Shown piece after piece: positions 53,888-63,165 of a stretch of 64,000 bases of DNA (position 1 is its first letter; every line of letters begins with the position of its first letter). The notes below the pieces were generated by a model. That model was not told the DNA's origin and did no database searches. It saw only the letters and a program-made list of their open reading frames with translations. The stretch is from a virus, in the IMG/VR virus record IMGVR_UViG_3300018080_000100; one strand, given 5' to 3'. The translations under genes were made by a program, and so were the position numbers.

Positions 53888-54505
53888 CTACGCTATTTCC
53901 GGGTCTTCGCCCGGAGGCGCAGCCTCCTCGCCTACGATCGGCGGGACGACTTCCACTTCGGCATCTTCTGCCGGTGGTGCGAGCGTGTCTTCCGGCTCGG
54001 CGTCTTCCTCAGGCGGGCCTGTGTCGTAGGCGTCATCAGGACGGCCGATCACGACGTCGTCGAGATTCGGTCTGTCGTCCATCAGGCCAGTTTGATCGAG
54101 ATACGGTTCGATTTCGCCGCCCTCGATCGGGGTGAGCTGGCGTCCGTCGAACAGCTGCCATGTACGCCCCTTCTGGATCTGATAGCGCTGTCCGCAGAAC
54201 ATATGCAAGAAGTACGTGTTATCCCGCTCTGCGTTATGCTTGGCGCGGATGTCAGCGATCAGCTTGCACAGCTCATCTACAGATTCAAACTCCGAAACGG
54301 TAGGCGCAGCACCGCCTACGACGCCCCAGACAGCCCAGATTCGGCCGCGGAAGTCGCTTTTCAGCATGTCGTCAATGAGTGTGAAGACATGCTTCAAGCG
54401 CCCGACGATGGCCATTGTTGCTGCAGGCGTCATCTGGTCGGCCGTAGGTTGTTGGGGCGCAGACGGAGTCTCAGTCGTCACGAGTTTGTCTGGTTGTTCG
54501 GTCAT
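53888..54505 (-). CDS. acidic hypothetical protein
   Basis: 205 aa; D/E/P-rich C-terminus. Confidence 0.4.
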   Translation of the reverse strand: MTEQPDKLVTTETPSAPQQPTADQMTPAATMAIVGRLKHVFTLIDDMLKSDFRGRIWAVWGVVGGAAPTVSEFESVDELCKLIADIRAKHNAERDNTYFLHMFCGQRYQIQKGRTWQLFDGRQLTPIEGGEIEPYLDQTGLMDDRPNLDDVVIGRPDDAYDTGPPEEDAEPEDTLAPPAEDAEVEVVPPIVGEEAAPPGEDPEIA

Positions 54506-54508
54506 CGA

Positions 54509-54844
54509 TTACTCCGCTGGTTTGATTGGCTTGGGCGGCGGCTGCTTCGAAGGGCTCGCCTTGTCGAACGACGGCTCGACAGGCTTTGGGGCCTTGTCCA
54601 CCGACTCAGCTGACACCTTGCCGGCCGCTGCCGATACCTTGACGGTTTGGCGCACCTTGCGGCCCCGCTTACCGACGACGTGCGTTCGCAGCAATGACTG
54701 CGAATACTGGCCGCGGTAGAAGTACGGGCTGACCACCAGCGTAGCGCCAGGGTGCTGCTCGCTGTTGGCAATTGTCTTGCCGTCAGCGTCGAGGAGCGCC
54801 CAGGTACCCTCTACCGCAGAGGGTGTTTCCATTTTGACTTCCAC
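54509..54844 (-). CDS. hypothetical protein
   Basis: 111 aa, Lys/Pro-rich C-terminus. Confidence 0.35.
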   Translation of the reverse strand: MEVKMETPSAVEGTWALLDADGKTIANSEQHPGATLVVSPYFYRGQYSQSLLRTHVVGKRGRKVRQTVKVSAAAGKVSAESVDKAPKPVEPSFDKASPSKQPPPKPIKPAE

Positions 54845-54845
54845 G

Positions 54846-55607
54846 TTACAGTCCTCTCAGTGATTTGAATTTGTCCAACATGGATTGGTAATCCGGGTTG
54901 TCCTTGTGCTTGAGACGTCCGATATCGCCAGCAATGACGGCATGACCCATCTCGACAACCGGCGGACGCGCTGGGCGCTCAACGAAATGCGGGCGCCCGC
55001 CCTGCGCTTTGGCTGGGCGGATCTCCCAGCGCCCCTTGTTCGTGTCGGCGCAGAACACCGTCACGGAGATGCGGGCTATGTCCGGTTTCAGGATACTGAA
55101 ACGTTCCACTAGCACTGGGTCGAGCATATCGACCGTGCCGGTGAACGTCTGCGCGTACAGCTTCTTCCTATGATCCACCGTTGCCACGCCGTCGAGGAAG
55201 CTCTTGAGAGAGTCCCAATACTCGTGGCGACAGGCGCAGATCACGTGGCCCCAGGTGAGCGGGCCAACATGGATAGGAGAGTTCAGCCCGTCGAACAGCA
55301 GCGTCTTGAACGGCTGCTGGATGATCTCAGTGCCGATCGGCTGGGCTGCATACCAATCAGCTACAGGGTCGTTCTTGGGGTACTCCATCCCGCAGTACGT
55401 GAACAGCGCGCCGTGGTTGAAGAAGTGCCAATCATCGACCAGCTCGCTCAGCGCGAATTTGGACACGTCCGTAGGTACGGGCGTGCCTTCCGCGCTTACG
55501 ATACGTGTGCTGCCAGCCGGTACGGGCAGGTCGCCTTTGTGCGTTACCTTGCCAGTCGGCTTGATCTGGGCACCGCCCATGATCCGTTGCATCTCGTCTT
55601 CTAGCAT
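54846..55607 (-). CDS. hypothetical protein
   Basis: 253 aa. Confidence 0.4.
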   Translation of the reverse strand: MLEDEMQRIMGGAQIKPTGKVTHKGDLPVPAGSTRIVSAEGTPVPTDVSKFALSELVDDWHFFNHGALFTYCGMEYPKNDPVADWYAAQPIGTEIIQQPFKTLLFDGLNSPIHVGPLTWGHVICACRHEYWDSLKSFLDGVATVDHRKKLYAQTFTGTVDMLDPVLVERFSILKPDIARISVTVFCADTNKGRWEIRPAKAQGGRPHFVERPARPPVVEMGHAVIAGDIGRLKHKDNPDYQSMLDKFKSLRGL

Positions 55608-55624
55608 TTAGCTGTCCTCCAAAG

Positions 55625-55700
55625 GCACCAGCAGGGTATCGAACCCTGACAGTTGGGGCTATGTAACCCCTGTCGCCACCACCATGGTGCAGATGCCCGG
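55625..55700 (-). tRNA. possible tRNA or tRNA-like element (canonical T-arm; irregular D region)
   Basis: The minus-strand reading has CAGGG-TTCGATA-CCCTG (T53-C61 consensus) followed by the acceptor 3' strand CTGGTGC, with a matching 5' GCACCAT. It sits in a 130-bp intergenic gap. Confidence 0.3.
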
Positions 55701-55737
55701 CCACCGGGTTGGCCTAGAAAGCGGAGTCTGACGACAT

Positions 55738-56460
55738 TTACACCAACTGAGCGCGCTCAACCAGCGTCTTGACCGTTTCGGCCTGTCGCAGGGAGCTGGT
55801 CGCCAACTCCTCCGCAGTCGTCTCCACATTGTAGTATCGAAGGAGACTGTAAAGGTCCAAGTCCTTCTGATCGTTGGATGGCAAAAGGACGTCGAACGGA
55901 TCATATACACCAACAGGATTATGCCAGAGCTTGACGGGCACTACAACCCGCTCGGCGTCCGTAACCTGTGTATTCCGATGGAGTACCTCGGCCGCTGCGA
56001 TGCGCAGGACCTGCTTCAAGTTGAACCCGAACAACGAGGCGTCGGGGTCTGCGTCTCCGTACCGAAGCGACGTGGCGAATTGCCGCGGATACGCTTCACG
56101 GAGGAAATTGATGAGCGGCAGCGCCACTCGCGCGCGGCTGAGTTCCCCGGTCTTCAGCACCTGCGTGTACACACATGTGCCGTCCTTGTCGAGGATGACT
56201 GCCGAGGCCAACACGCCGACCATTGGCCGATGCGCATGATTCTCATAGGCGTCGTCGCTTGGGACGACACTGCCCGCAAATCCGAGCGGCGGGAACTTCA
56301 TGTGTTCCTCGCGCTCGCCACGTACCTTGGCGATGTGGTTGTCGATAGTCGCTTGCTTCGACATCGTGCCAGGTACTTTGATTGGCCCGAAGAAGGTCGA
56401 GCCGTCCTTGGCGCCCACTATGGTCGCCCCGAAATAGAGTGCTTCGCTAGGCAAGTTCAT
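55738..56460 (-). CDS. hypothetical protein
   Basis: 240 aa; motif at 56466-56492 upstream. Confidence 0.4.
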   Translation of the reverse strand: MNLPSEALYFGATIVGAKDGSTFFGPIKVPGTMSKQATIDNHIAKVRGEREEHMKFPPLGFAGSVVPSDDAYENHAHRPMVGVLASAVILDKDGTCVYTQVLKTGELSRARVALPLINFLREAYPRQFATSLRYGDADPDASLFGFNLKQVLRIAAAEVLHRNTQVTDAERVVVPVKLWHNPVGVYDPFDVLLPSNDQKDLDLYSLLRYYNVETTAEELATSSLRQAETVKTLVERAQLV

Positions 56461-56465
56461 GCCTC

Positions 56466-56492
56466 CTCAATCTTGATCATGAGATCAAATTC
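56466..56492 (-). promoter_or_regulatory. inverted-repeat motif variant
   Basis: caatcttgatcatgagatcaaattc (centre differs). Confidence 0.35.
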
Positions 56493-56495
56493 CGT

Positions 56496-56972
56496 TTAGG
56501 TGTCGAACACCGACAGCGCAACTTCTGGCGCTTCTGGCATATGCGTACGGTGGGCGTCCAGCGCGCTCTTCTCGAGGTTGAAACGCGCGCACAGATCGCT
56601 GATGATGCTCTGCCGTACGAGTTCAAACGTGTCCTCAGGCACCAACAATAAATGTCCGGTCTCGTTGCATTTCGGACACGGGACAGCGGCATTACGGTCG
56701 TCCGGATCGTCCACAAGCGCGTGACCGTCGCAGTGTTCACACATACGTAGAAGCGGACCCAAGCGCTTTTCGACCAGCCTGCGCGCAGCACCCATTTGCT
56801 CTGTGGCAAACTTGGCGTTGATACCGTAACGGCTCTTCCAGCGACTAACTAAGTACCAGATGCCGCCACCTGACCAATAGTAGCTGGCGGCGTCTGCACC
56901 ACAGTCCGGGCAATTACGGCCAGCCGACACGACGCCACACGCACAATCATATTCAAACATCCGTATGCTCAT
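56496..56972 (-). CDS. zinc-ribbon protein
   Basis: CACGVVSAGRNCPDCG...CDGH...CPKCNETGH, multiple CxxC. Confidence 0.4.
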   Translation of the reverse strand: MSIRMFEYDCACGVVSAGRNCPDCGADAASYYWSGGGIWYLVSRWKSRYGINAKFATEQMGAARRLVEKRLGPLLRMCEHCDGHALVDDPDDRNAAVPCPKCNETGHLLLVPEDTFELVRQSIISDLCARFNLEKSALDAHRTHMPEAPEVALSVFDT

Positions 56973-56993
56973 CGCACGCTCCTTCGTACAGGG

Positions 56994-57611
56994 TTAGATT
57001 CCGTCCTTGTAATGGCTGATTGCCATGTCACAGATATGCATCGCGTCCGCGATGTTGTCGGCGCCCGACTTCTCGTAGTCCACCGGGTCCAGCTTAACAC
57101 CGAACCTCTCATTGGCAGCCTCGATCATCTGTACCTTGTTGGCATTGCCTTTGCCCGTTGCGTGCTTTTTGATCGTACCGATCGCATAGCCCGTAGCCGG
57201 GACGTCGTGCTCTTCCGCCCAGGTGCAGAGCGTGATCTTGAAACCGCCTAGAAGCTCGGCTGCCGTGGCGATGCGCGCCACGATCATGCCGATACGCTTG
57301 CCGCCGAAACCCTTGATGTCCGGCGAAAACTTCACGTCCTCGAATGCTAGCAGGTCGGGTTTGAGCACCGACAAGAACTGCTTGAGGCGGACGTGGCGCA
57401 GAGGCCCTGTGTCGTAGGGCCCTACAGATAGGTCCAGCTGGCCCGCCACGATGCGGGCCTTGCGTGCTGGATCCTTTGGGTCGATATCCGCCCAAGCCAC
57501 GCCGCAGTTGGTGCCTAGGTCGACACCAACGATACGGCGTTTATGGGCTGGAAGACCCCTGACGGCCTCAGTGAGATCGTCGGGGTCGTGGTACTGCTGA
57601 ATCTTAGGCAT
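56994..57611 (-). CDS. ruvC: RuvC-like Holliday junction resolvase
   Basis: IVGVDLGTNCGVAW (first catalytic Asp), E in LAFEDV, ADAMHICDMA (catalytic D..H). Start at the internal MPKIQQ. Confidence 0.6.
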   Translation of the reverse strand: MPKIQQYHDPDDLTEAVRGLPAHKRRIVGVDLGTNCGVAWADIDPKDPARKARIVAGQLDLSVGPYDTGPLRHVRLKQFLSVLKPDLLAFEDVKFSPDIKGFGGKRIGMIVARIATAAELLGGFKITLCTWAEEHDVPATGYAIGTIKKHATGKGNANKVQMIEAANERFGVKLDPVDYEKSGADNIADAMHICDMAISHYKDGI

Positions 57612-58530
57612 TGCCTGCAGATACGCCCTTTCGCGCACAACAGCGCGCTGCGTGCGCGTCGTACAACTCACGAAACATATCGCGAAGCACAGGACCGGTG
57701 TTCCTCTCGTCGATGGCCTTCGCCCTGTCGCGCAGTTTCCTCGGATCATGCGCACATAGCGCAGTAACGAGCATATCGCGCTTCGCTTTCTCGGCGAATA
57801 CGAATGGTTGCTCCTGCAACACACCGCCGATAGCCGAGAATATGACGCCTGGCACCTCGCCTTTGAGTTTCGGCCACGCGCCGCGCAGAACCTCGACGGT
57901 ATATCGCAACAGTTTCGGCGAACCGCCGTTTGGTTTCAAATCGAAGAGCTTCTCGATGTAGCTGAGCGCGTTGATCCGCACCCAACCTTTTCCGAGATTC
58001 AGCCGGGGCGCGTTGATGACGCACCGCTGTTTAGCCAAGATCCTATGGATGGCTACGCAGCGCATATTACCCGCACGCACCTGTTCGTGGAACCACTTGC
58101 CGTCCCGCTTCGCGCCGGTCGACGCCGCTTGGTCTTCACACGCAACAGCCGCAGTCGCGTACTGCTCATCGGCCTCCTGCAACAGCCGACAAAGACTTTC
58201 CTCGTAGGCACGGCCTGTAGACGTGTACATAATGCACGGCAATTGTAGGCCCTCGGCGCGTGCTGCTAACACAGCCTCAGGATGCCGCACCACATGGGCC
58301 GAAACGTCGGCGCGCAGACATACAGCCGGCAACGGCCAGGCTGTTACATCCAGTGTGCGCAGCACGTCGACCGCACTCTGTGGTACCTCCGGTAGATAGT
58401 CGTCCAGCTGCAACGCCGAAGCGTCGAAACTGTGCACTAGGCGATCAAGCCATAGCTTGCTTGCTACAGCGGCGGGTGCCGCCGCTTTGTCAGCTACTGA
58501 TTGCGCCGACCCGTTACACGAATCGCTCAT
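57604..58530 (-). CDS. hypothetical protein
   Basis: 308 aa. Confidence 0.4.
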   Translation of the reverse strand: MSDSCNGSAQSVADKAAAPAAVASKLWLDRLVHSFDASALQLDDYLPEVPQSAVDVLRTLDVTAWPLPAVCLRADVSAHVVRHPEAVLAARAEGLQLPCIMYTSTGRAYEESLCRLLQEADEQYATAAVACEDQAASTGAKRDGKWFHEQVRAGNMRCVAIHRILAKQRCVINAPRLNLGKGWVRINALSYIEKLFDLKPNGGSPKLLRYTVEVLRGAWPKLKGEVPGVIFSAIGGVLQEQPFVFAEKAKRDMLVTALCAHDPRKLRDRAKAIDERNTGPVLRDMFRELYDAHAARCCARKGVSAGNA

Positions 58531-58536
58531 CTTGTC

Positions 58537-59289
58537 TCACTTCATTGCGCGGGGCGCTACTCCCGCTAGCTTCTTGTGCTCTTCCATCAGATGGTAGAGC
58601 AACAAACTGTCCACGCCTGCGCTGTGCGCCTGCGAACGATCCACCCCAGCTTTTTCGAACAGCTGATACTGTTCGTCGCAGTAACGATCCAATGCCCACA
58701 TGACGCCCTTCCGGCGTAGTGCCCCTATCCGCCATGCAAACTGCTGCAGGGTCTCGCCCGGCAGCGGTAGCGGATCGTCATAGTCTTCCAGCTGACTTGC
58801 CTTCTCAGCGATGCCGGTGTCGTACACCAGCTCCGGGTCGAAGACGAACGGAATGTTGAGCCAGTTATGGAAGTGCGCCTGGAGCAGCTCGATGTCGAAC
58901 TTCCAGCCGTTGTGCGCCACGAGGATCTCGCGACGCTCTTCCATGGTCTCGAACATGTCCAGATAGCGCTTGAGCACCTCTAGCGGAGGGCGCCCGAGCG
59001 CTTGCAGCCGGTCCCACGTATGGTAGAACGATTTGCCCTGCGCCTCCATGCCACGCTGTGCGGCCTGGAGTTGCTGCTGGAACTGCAGATGGTCGATGTC
59101 CGGGAAGTCTGGCCAATTCAGCAAGACCTCCGCGTTCTCGACTACCTGACCATCACGAACGATCGTATGCCCGATAACGCAGATTGCGCTACTCTCAGGC
59201 CGCAGACCGTTCGTTTCCAGGTCGACGCAGGTGTAGTTATTCGGGAAACCGAAGCGTCCCGCAAATCGTTCAAACCAATGTGCTGACAT
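58537..59289 (-). CDS. DnaQ-like (DEDDh) 3'-5' exonuclease
   Basis: CVDLETNGL (Exo I), VAHNGWKFDIELL (Exo II), HSAGVDSLLLYHL (Exo III). Start at MSAHWF. Confidence 0.6.
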   Translation of the reverse strand: MSAHWFERFAGRFGFPNNYTCVDLETNGLRPESSAICVIGHTIVRDGQVVENAEVLLNWPDFPDIDHLQFQQQLQAAQRGMEAQGKSFYHTWDRLQALGRPPLEVLKRYLDMFETMEERREILVAHNGWKFDIELLQAHFHNWLNIPFVFDPELVYDTGIAEKASQLEDYDDPLPLPGETLQQFAWRIGALRRKGVMWALDRYCDEQYQLFEKAGVDRSQAHSAGVDSLLLYHLMEEHKKLAGVAPRAMK

Positions 59290-59311
59290 GATTGATAGCC
59301 GCCTAAGCCGC

Positions 59312-59902
59312 TCAGTCAAAATGTATTGGGTCGTATTGATCCCGTTCCGGGCTGGTGGGCCCTGCAGTGCCGTTCCCAAGAGGGTGGCTGTCTGCTGCAT
59401 GTCCGTCTTTCTGGCCGAAAAAGCCTTGGACTGCCTCGTTTACATCGTCCAGGAACTCCTGGAACGCAACTGGAGGATCGGAGTCCGGTCGGGCGACGTC
59501 CTTAGCGCCCGCCCATACAGCAGACAACAAAACCTGACCCAGTCGCGCGTAGAAAAGCATCTGCAACGCGGGCGGCAATTTGTCAAAGCCGACCTTCTCC
59601 ATCGCGGCGGGCGGGCTCTCGAGCTTGATGACGAGGTTTAGCGCCTGCGCCAGCATTTTCGGAGCACCGCTCTCCATGATGGATTCATAGGTGATGTCGT
59701 GGTCGGCAAGGAAGTCCTTGAGCCACGGCTCCCACGTATCAGGTTCGAGCGCGTACATCGCGCCCAGAATCATGTTGGGTCCGACGTGTGCGAAATCGCG
59801 TTCTGGGTTGTAGAACGGATCGCGCCCGCCCGCACGGGGCTCCTTACGCCGGATCTGCAACATGTGCCGATGTGGCTTTTTGTTCGCTGGTTCTTCACTC
59901 AT
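59312..59902 (-). CDS. hypothetical protein
   Basis: 196 aa. Confidence 0.4.
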   Translation of the reverse strand: MSEEPANKKPHRHMLQIRRKEPRAGGRDPFYNPERDFAHVGPNMILGAMYALEPDTWEPWLKDFLADHDITYESIMESGAPKMLAQALNLVIKLESPPAAMEKVGFDKLPPALQMLFYARLGQVLLSAVWAGAKDVARPDSDPPVAFQEFLDDVNEAVQGFFGQKDGHAADSHPLGNGTAGPTSPERDQYDPIHFD

Positions 59903-59912
59903 GTGTCTAATC

Positions 59913-60641
59913 CTACATAGTGCGATTACCGGTTACAAGCGCCAGCCGCTCAAGCAGCACTTTGTCGACGGTGCGTGGCTGTTTATCCACCACCTCGAAA
60001 CGTGCCGCGAACATGTAAGCGCCGCTGTCGCTAGTATACGGCTCAGCGTATCGCAATGAAAGTACACACGTAGGTAACGACAGCCGTGTCAAGGCAGCGA
60101 GTGTAGCGCAGATCTGCGTGACCTCCCCGTCGTACACGTCGCGGATCATGTCTAACGTACCTGTGCGGAAGTTTGTACCCCGGAACAGCGAGGAATCCCG
60201 CACATGAGCCATCAGGCGATTACGACGGAATTGCCGCAGAAATGTTACAGAAACATGTCCGCCGATGCGCATAGCACGCGATAGCTCGCGTTGCATCCAC
60301 ACGCACAGCGGCGATGTCAAAGCCGTGCACATGTCAAGATAGGCAAACTGTAAAGACCCGGGTCCGCCAAGCTCCAGCCGTTCGAGCTCCATACAGCGCA
60401 CATCCCAACGCGTAAGCCGCATATCTGCAAGCCTCCTACGAATGTGCGGTATGTGCATGCCGAAATGCTCGACGGCCACGCCAGACGTAGCCGAATCTAT
60501 CCGACCAGTCCGTAATAAATGCTGTATATCCAGGCATTCAGGGCCCGGCAACGTCAGCATTGCATCCACCTTGTACGGGAGCGCGAGCTGCTCAGCTCGT
60601 ATGCGCTGCTTGACTGGGGTGTCCCAGTCCGTCCGTGTCAT
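59913..60641 (-). CDS. hypothetical protein (start uncertain)
   Basis: The ORF extends to 60764 but would overlap the upstream gene by ~170 bp; a later Met is chosen. Confidence 0.35.
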   Translation of the reverse strand: MTRTDWDTPVKQRIRAEQLALPYKVDAMLTLPGPECLDIQHLLRTGRIDSATSGVAVEHFGMHIPHIRRRLADMRLTRWDVRCMELERLELGGPGSLQFAYLDMCTALTSPLCVWMQRELSRAMRIGGHVSVTFLRQFRRNRLMAHVRDSSLFRGTNFRTGTLDMIRDVYDGEVTQICATLAALTRLSLPTCVLSLRYAEPYTSDSGAYMFAARFEVVDKQPRTVDKVLLERLALVTGNRTM

Positions 60642-61350
60642 GATCGACACGCGTGCGCTCCTCGAAGACGTGTGACCAATATCGGGTATCGGTCTTGTCG
60701 TGCTCTTGGTCCCAGATGACATGCCTTGCCATCGCTGACGGTACACCGTATTTGGCGCACGCATTCAACCAGTGATCTTCGATCTCGTGGTAGCGTGTGG
60801 CCGTCAGCTTGCCTTTGCCAATACCGTACCATCGCGCTACGTGCGTATCGATCGCCACAACTTCGCACTCGCGCGGCCAGCACATCTCATGGGCGAACGA
60901 GATCGTCTTCAATCCCATCCACGTCATCCGCTTGTTGTTGTCGTTGTCGGTGATCTCCTCCAGGCGGTCGCGCCAGCCTGTCCACGGCAAGTGTGAGCGC
61001 CCCACCTCAGCGGGGCTGCCCAGAACACGTGGACCGCATTCGTCGCGCGCCAACGTAGTGATGCACCAGGCAGCCTGTGCCTTGGCGCTATGAAGACCGA
61101 TACCGCCAGCAACCAGCAACTCCTCCAGCTCCGACAACGACGACCACGGCATAGACATCACGAGCTTGTAGGCTCTGACGTTCTGCTCCCAACCAGTATT
61201 GATCGCCATAGTGGCGAACACCCACCGCTGCCAGCGTTCGTGGAGCGTCTGCGGCGCAATGGATTCCCAGTATTCGAGATAGCGGGCTACGACCTGCGGG
61301 TCGAGGTTTTTGATGCGGTCAGCTACTGCTGCCTTACTCCCCAATTCCAT
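60592..61350 (-). CDS. HhH-GPD superfamily (EndoIII/glycosylase-like) protein
   Basis: MGLKTISFAHEMCWPRECEVVAIDTHVARW parallels EndoIII VGRKTANVVL...IAVDTHIFRV. Confidence 0.45.
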   Translation of the reverse strand: MELGSKAAVADRIKNLDPQVVARYLEYWESIAPQTLHERWQRWVFATMAINTGWEQNVRAYKLVMSMPWSSLSELEELLVAGGIGLHSAKAQAAWCITTLARDECGPRVLGSPAEVGRSHLPWTGWRDRLEEITDNDNNKRMTWMGLKTISFAHEMCWPRECEVVAIDTHVARWYGIGKGKLTATRYHEIEDHWLNACAKYGVPSAMARHVIWDQEHDKTDTRYWSHVFEERTRVDHDTDGLGHPSQAAHTS

Positions 61351-62221
61351 ATCCGGCCTCCGGGTGTCGCTCGCGCCATATTTCGAGAAGCTGCTCGTCC
61401 GTATAGCCGCCAATCTTGGTGTCGTACTGCTGCATCTTCATGCCCTTGATCTCGAGCAATCCGTCGACTTCTTCCTCAACGGCGTCGGCGACCAACAGCG
61501 GGTACCGCTGTTTCATGATGCGGTAGACGTCGTTGAACACCAGGCGGATTTCCCGCTCGGCGTACCGCGACGTGCGCATCATTAGGATATGTCGCAATGC
61601 CCGTAGATTGGCCGACCAGCCGATCTCGTTGGCTTGGCCGTTCGGGGCGATTCTGCGCAGCGCAGATGTGATCTTCTTCTTCAACGCGAACGCCATCGTG
61701 TCGTCGGTCGACAGCCCTGTCTTATTGGCCATACGCTTATAGGCCTTCTGGATCTTCTTGACGATCGCCTTGATCTCGTCCTCGACGCACTCCAACAGCG
61801 GATCGCTGATGAAGTCGATCTTGTCGATCCGGCAGTAACGCCCCGACGTCTGGCTGAAAGCCACGCCGATGCGGTGACGGACGAACTCGTGGGTCATTAC
61901 CCGGCTGCAATTCGTGGTGACGAAGTTGAACCAGATATGCTCGAAGACCGACCCGTGGCCCGTCTCGAAGCAGTTCTCGATGTTGTTCTTGACGTCGCGG
62001 ACACGGGAGACATTCGCGTTCTTCCCTAGTACCAGTGACTTGTAGCACAACTTCGCGTAGAAGGCGATCATCGCCTCTTCGGGGGTCAAGCCGTCGTGTA
62101 CGGCTTCGTTGTATGACTTCAGAAAGTCTTCCTGACCAGTGGCCTGCAGATAAGCATGCAGCCCCTCCTCGTCGACCGATGTGTGGCCGATAAGGAAGGT
62201 CTGCGGGGTTACGAACTTCAA
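61334..62221 (-). CDS. thyX: flavin-dependent thymidylate synthase ThyX
   Basis: ThyX signature RHRIGVAFSQTSGRY (RHRx7S) and SxxEH..RxS context. Confidence 0.8.
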   Translation of the reverse strand: MKFVTPQTFLIGHTSVDEEGLHAYLQATGQEDFLKSYNEAVHDGLTPEEAMIAFYAKLCYKSLVLGKNANVSRVRDVKNNIENCFETGHGSVFEHIWFNFVTTNCSRVMTHEFVRHRIGVAFSQTSGRYCRIDKIDFISDPLLECVEDEIKAIVKKIQKAYKRMANKTGLSTDDTMAFALKKKITSALRRIAPNGQANEIGWSANLRALRHILMMRTSRYAEREIRLVFNDVYRIMKQRYPLLVADAVEEEVDGLLEIKGMKMQQYDTKIGGYTDEQLLEIWRERHPEAGYGIGE

Positions 62222-62674
62222 CTAGTCCTCCATTTTGTCAATGAACAGTATTCCGTCGAGATGGTCGATCTCGTGCTGGATGACCCTGGCGGCCATACCA
62301 GTCAACGACCCCACGAAGCGGACGCCGTTTAGCTGCCAGGCTGTAACGTGCACCTTGGCGGCACGGCGCACCATACCGAATTCGTGTGGCACGCTCAGGC
62401 AGCCCTCCATCTCTCTTGTTATGCCGCCTCGGCGGCGTTCGATAACTGGGTTGATGAGTATCAGCTCACATTCCGTGCTTCGCGGATTGGCTTCGCTGTT
62501 CATCACCAGCACGCGCTCGGTGAGCCCGACCTGTGGGGCAGAGACCCCGTAGGCCTTCTTCTCGTACATCAGCTCGCGCATTTCTTCGAGCTGTTCGCGC
62601 AGCTTCATCGTAACTGTCTCCACGGGAGTACACACGACACGTAGCGCTTCATTCGGATGGATTAGGATTTCCAT
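62222..62674 (-). CDS. def: peptide deformylase
   Basis: GVSAPQVG (motif 1), EGCLSVP (motif 2), QHEIDHLDG (motif 3, HExxH). Confidence 0.85.
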   Translation of the reverse strand: MEILIHPNEALRVVCTPVETVTMKLREQLEEMRELMYEKKAYGVSAPQVGLTERVLVMNSEANPRSTECELILINPVIERRRGGITREMEGCLSVPHEFGMVRRAAKVHVTAWQLNGVRFVGSLTGMAARVIQHEIDHLDGILFIDKMED

Positions 62675-63165
62675 TAGCTGGCGGCCTCCGCTGCTTCTGA
62701 TTCTTCTTCGCGCAGTTTGATACGCCGAGGCGCACGCTCCGCTAGCTCGGGCGGTGGCGTTTCGCCTGCGGCCACGTACAGATCGGCGTCACGCAACGCC
62801 GTCACTTCGTCGACGTAATCCTGCAGCGTTTCGAGCATGTACTGCGTGATATGCGCCTCCGCCTGCTCGCGAAAACGATCCCATATTTCTTTGGCGCGCT
62901 CGCCGAAACTGTCGACGCGGTACCGCGCTTTAGTTTCGATGGCGCCGCTGGCATAGAAGCGCATAATATCGGAGCCATCGGTACGGCAGATCGACGTAGC
63001 TTTGCCCGGATCCTTCCAGCGCGCCAGGAGCCGCGTGAATACGTCGAGCAGCTCCTCGTCCCAGTGGTACAGCTCCTGCTCAGCCTTGCGCGCCTTAATC
63101 TCCTCGTTAAGCCTTTCGTGCTCTTCGCTTGTCATAGGCATTATACATGCGGTCCCTCGGGACAC
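62674..63165 (-). CDS. hypothetical protein
   Basis: 163 aa, helical/acidic. Confidence 0.4.
   Translation of the reverse strand: MSRGTACIMPMTSEEHERLNEEIKARKAEQELYHWDEELLDVFTRLLARWKDPGKATSICRTDGSDIMRFYASGAIETKARYRVDSFGERAKEIWDRFREQAEAHITQYMLETLQDYVDEVTALRDADLYVAAGETPPPELAERAPRRIKLREEESEAAEAAS

Noticed and set aside
55621-55700. Plus-strand reading of the tRNA-like region
   Set aside because: Only the minus-strand reading gives a canonical T-loop (GTTCGATAC) and a 3' acceptor. The plus strand lacks a T-arm and a CCA-proximal acceptor.
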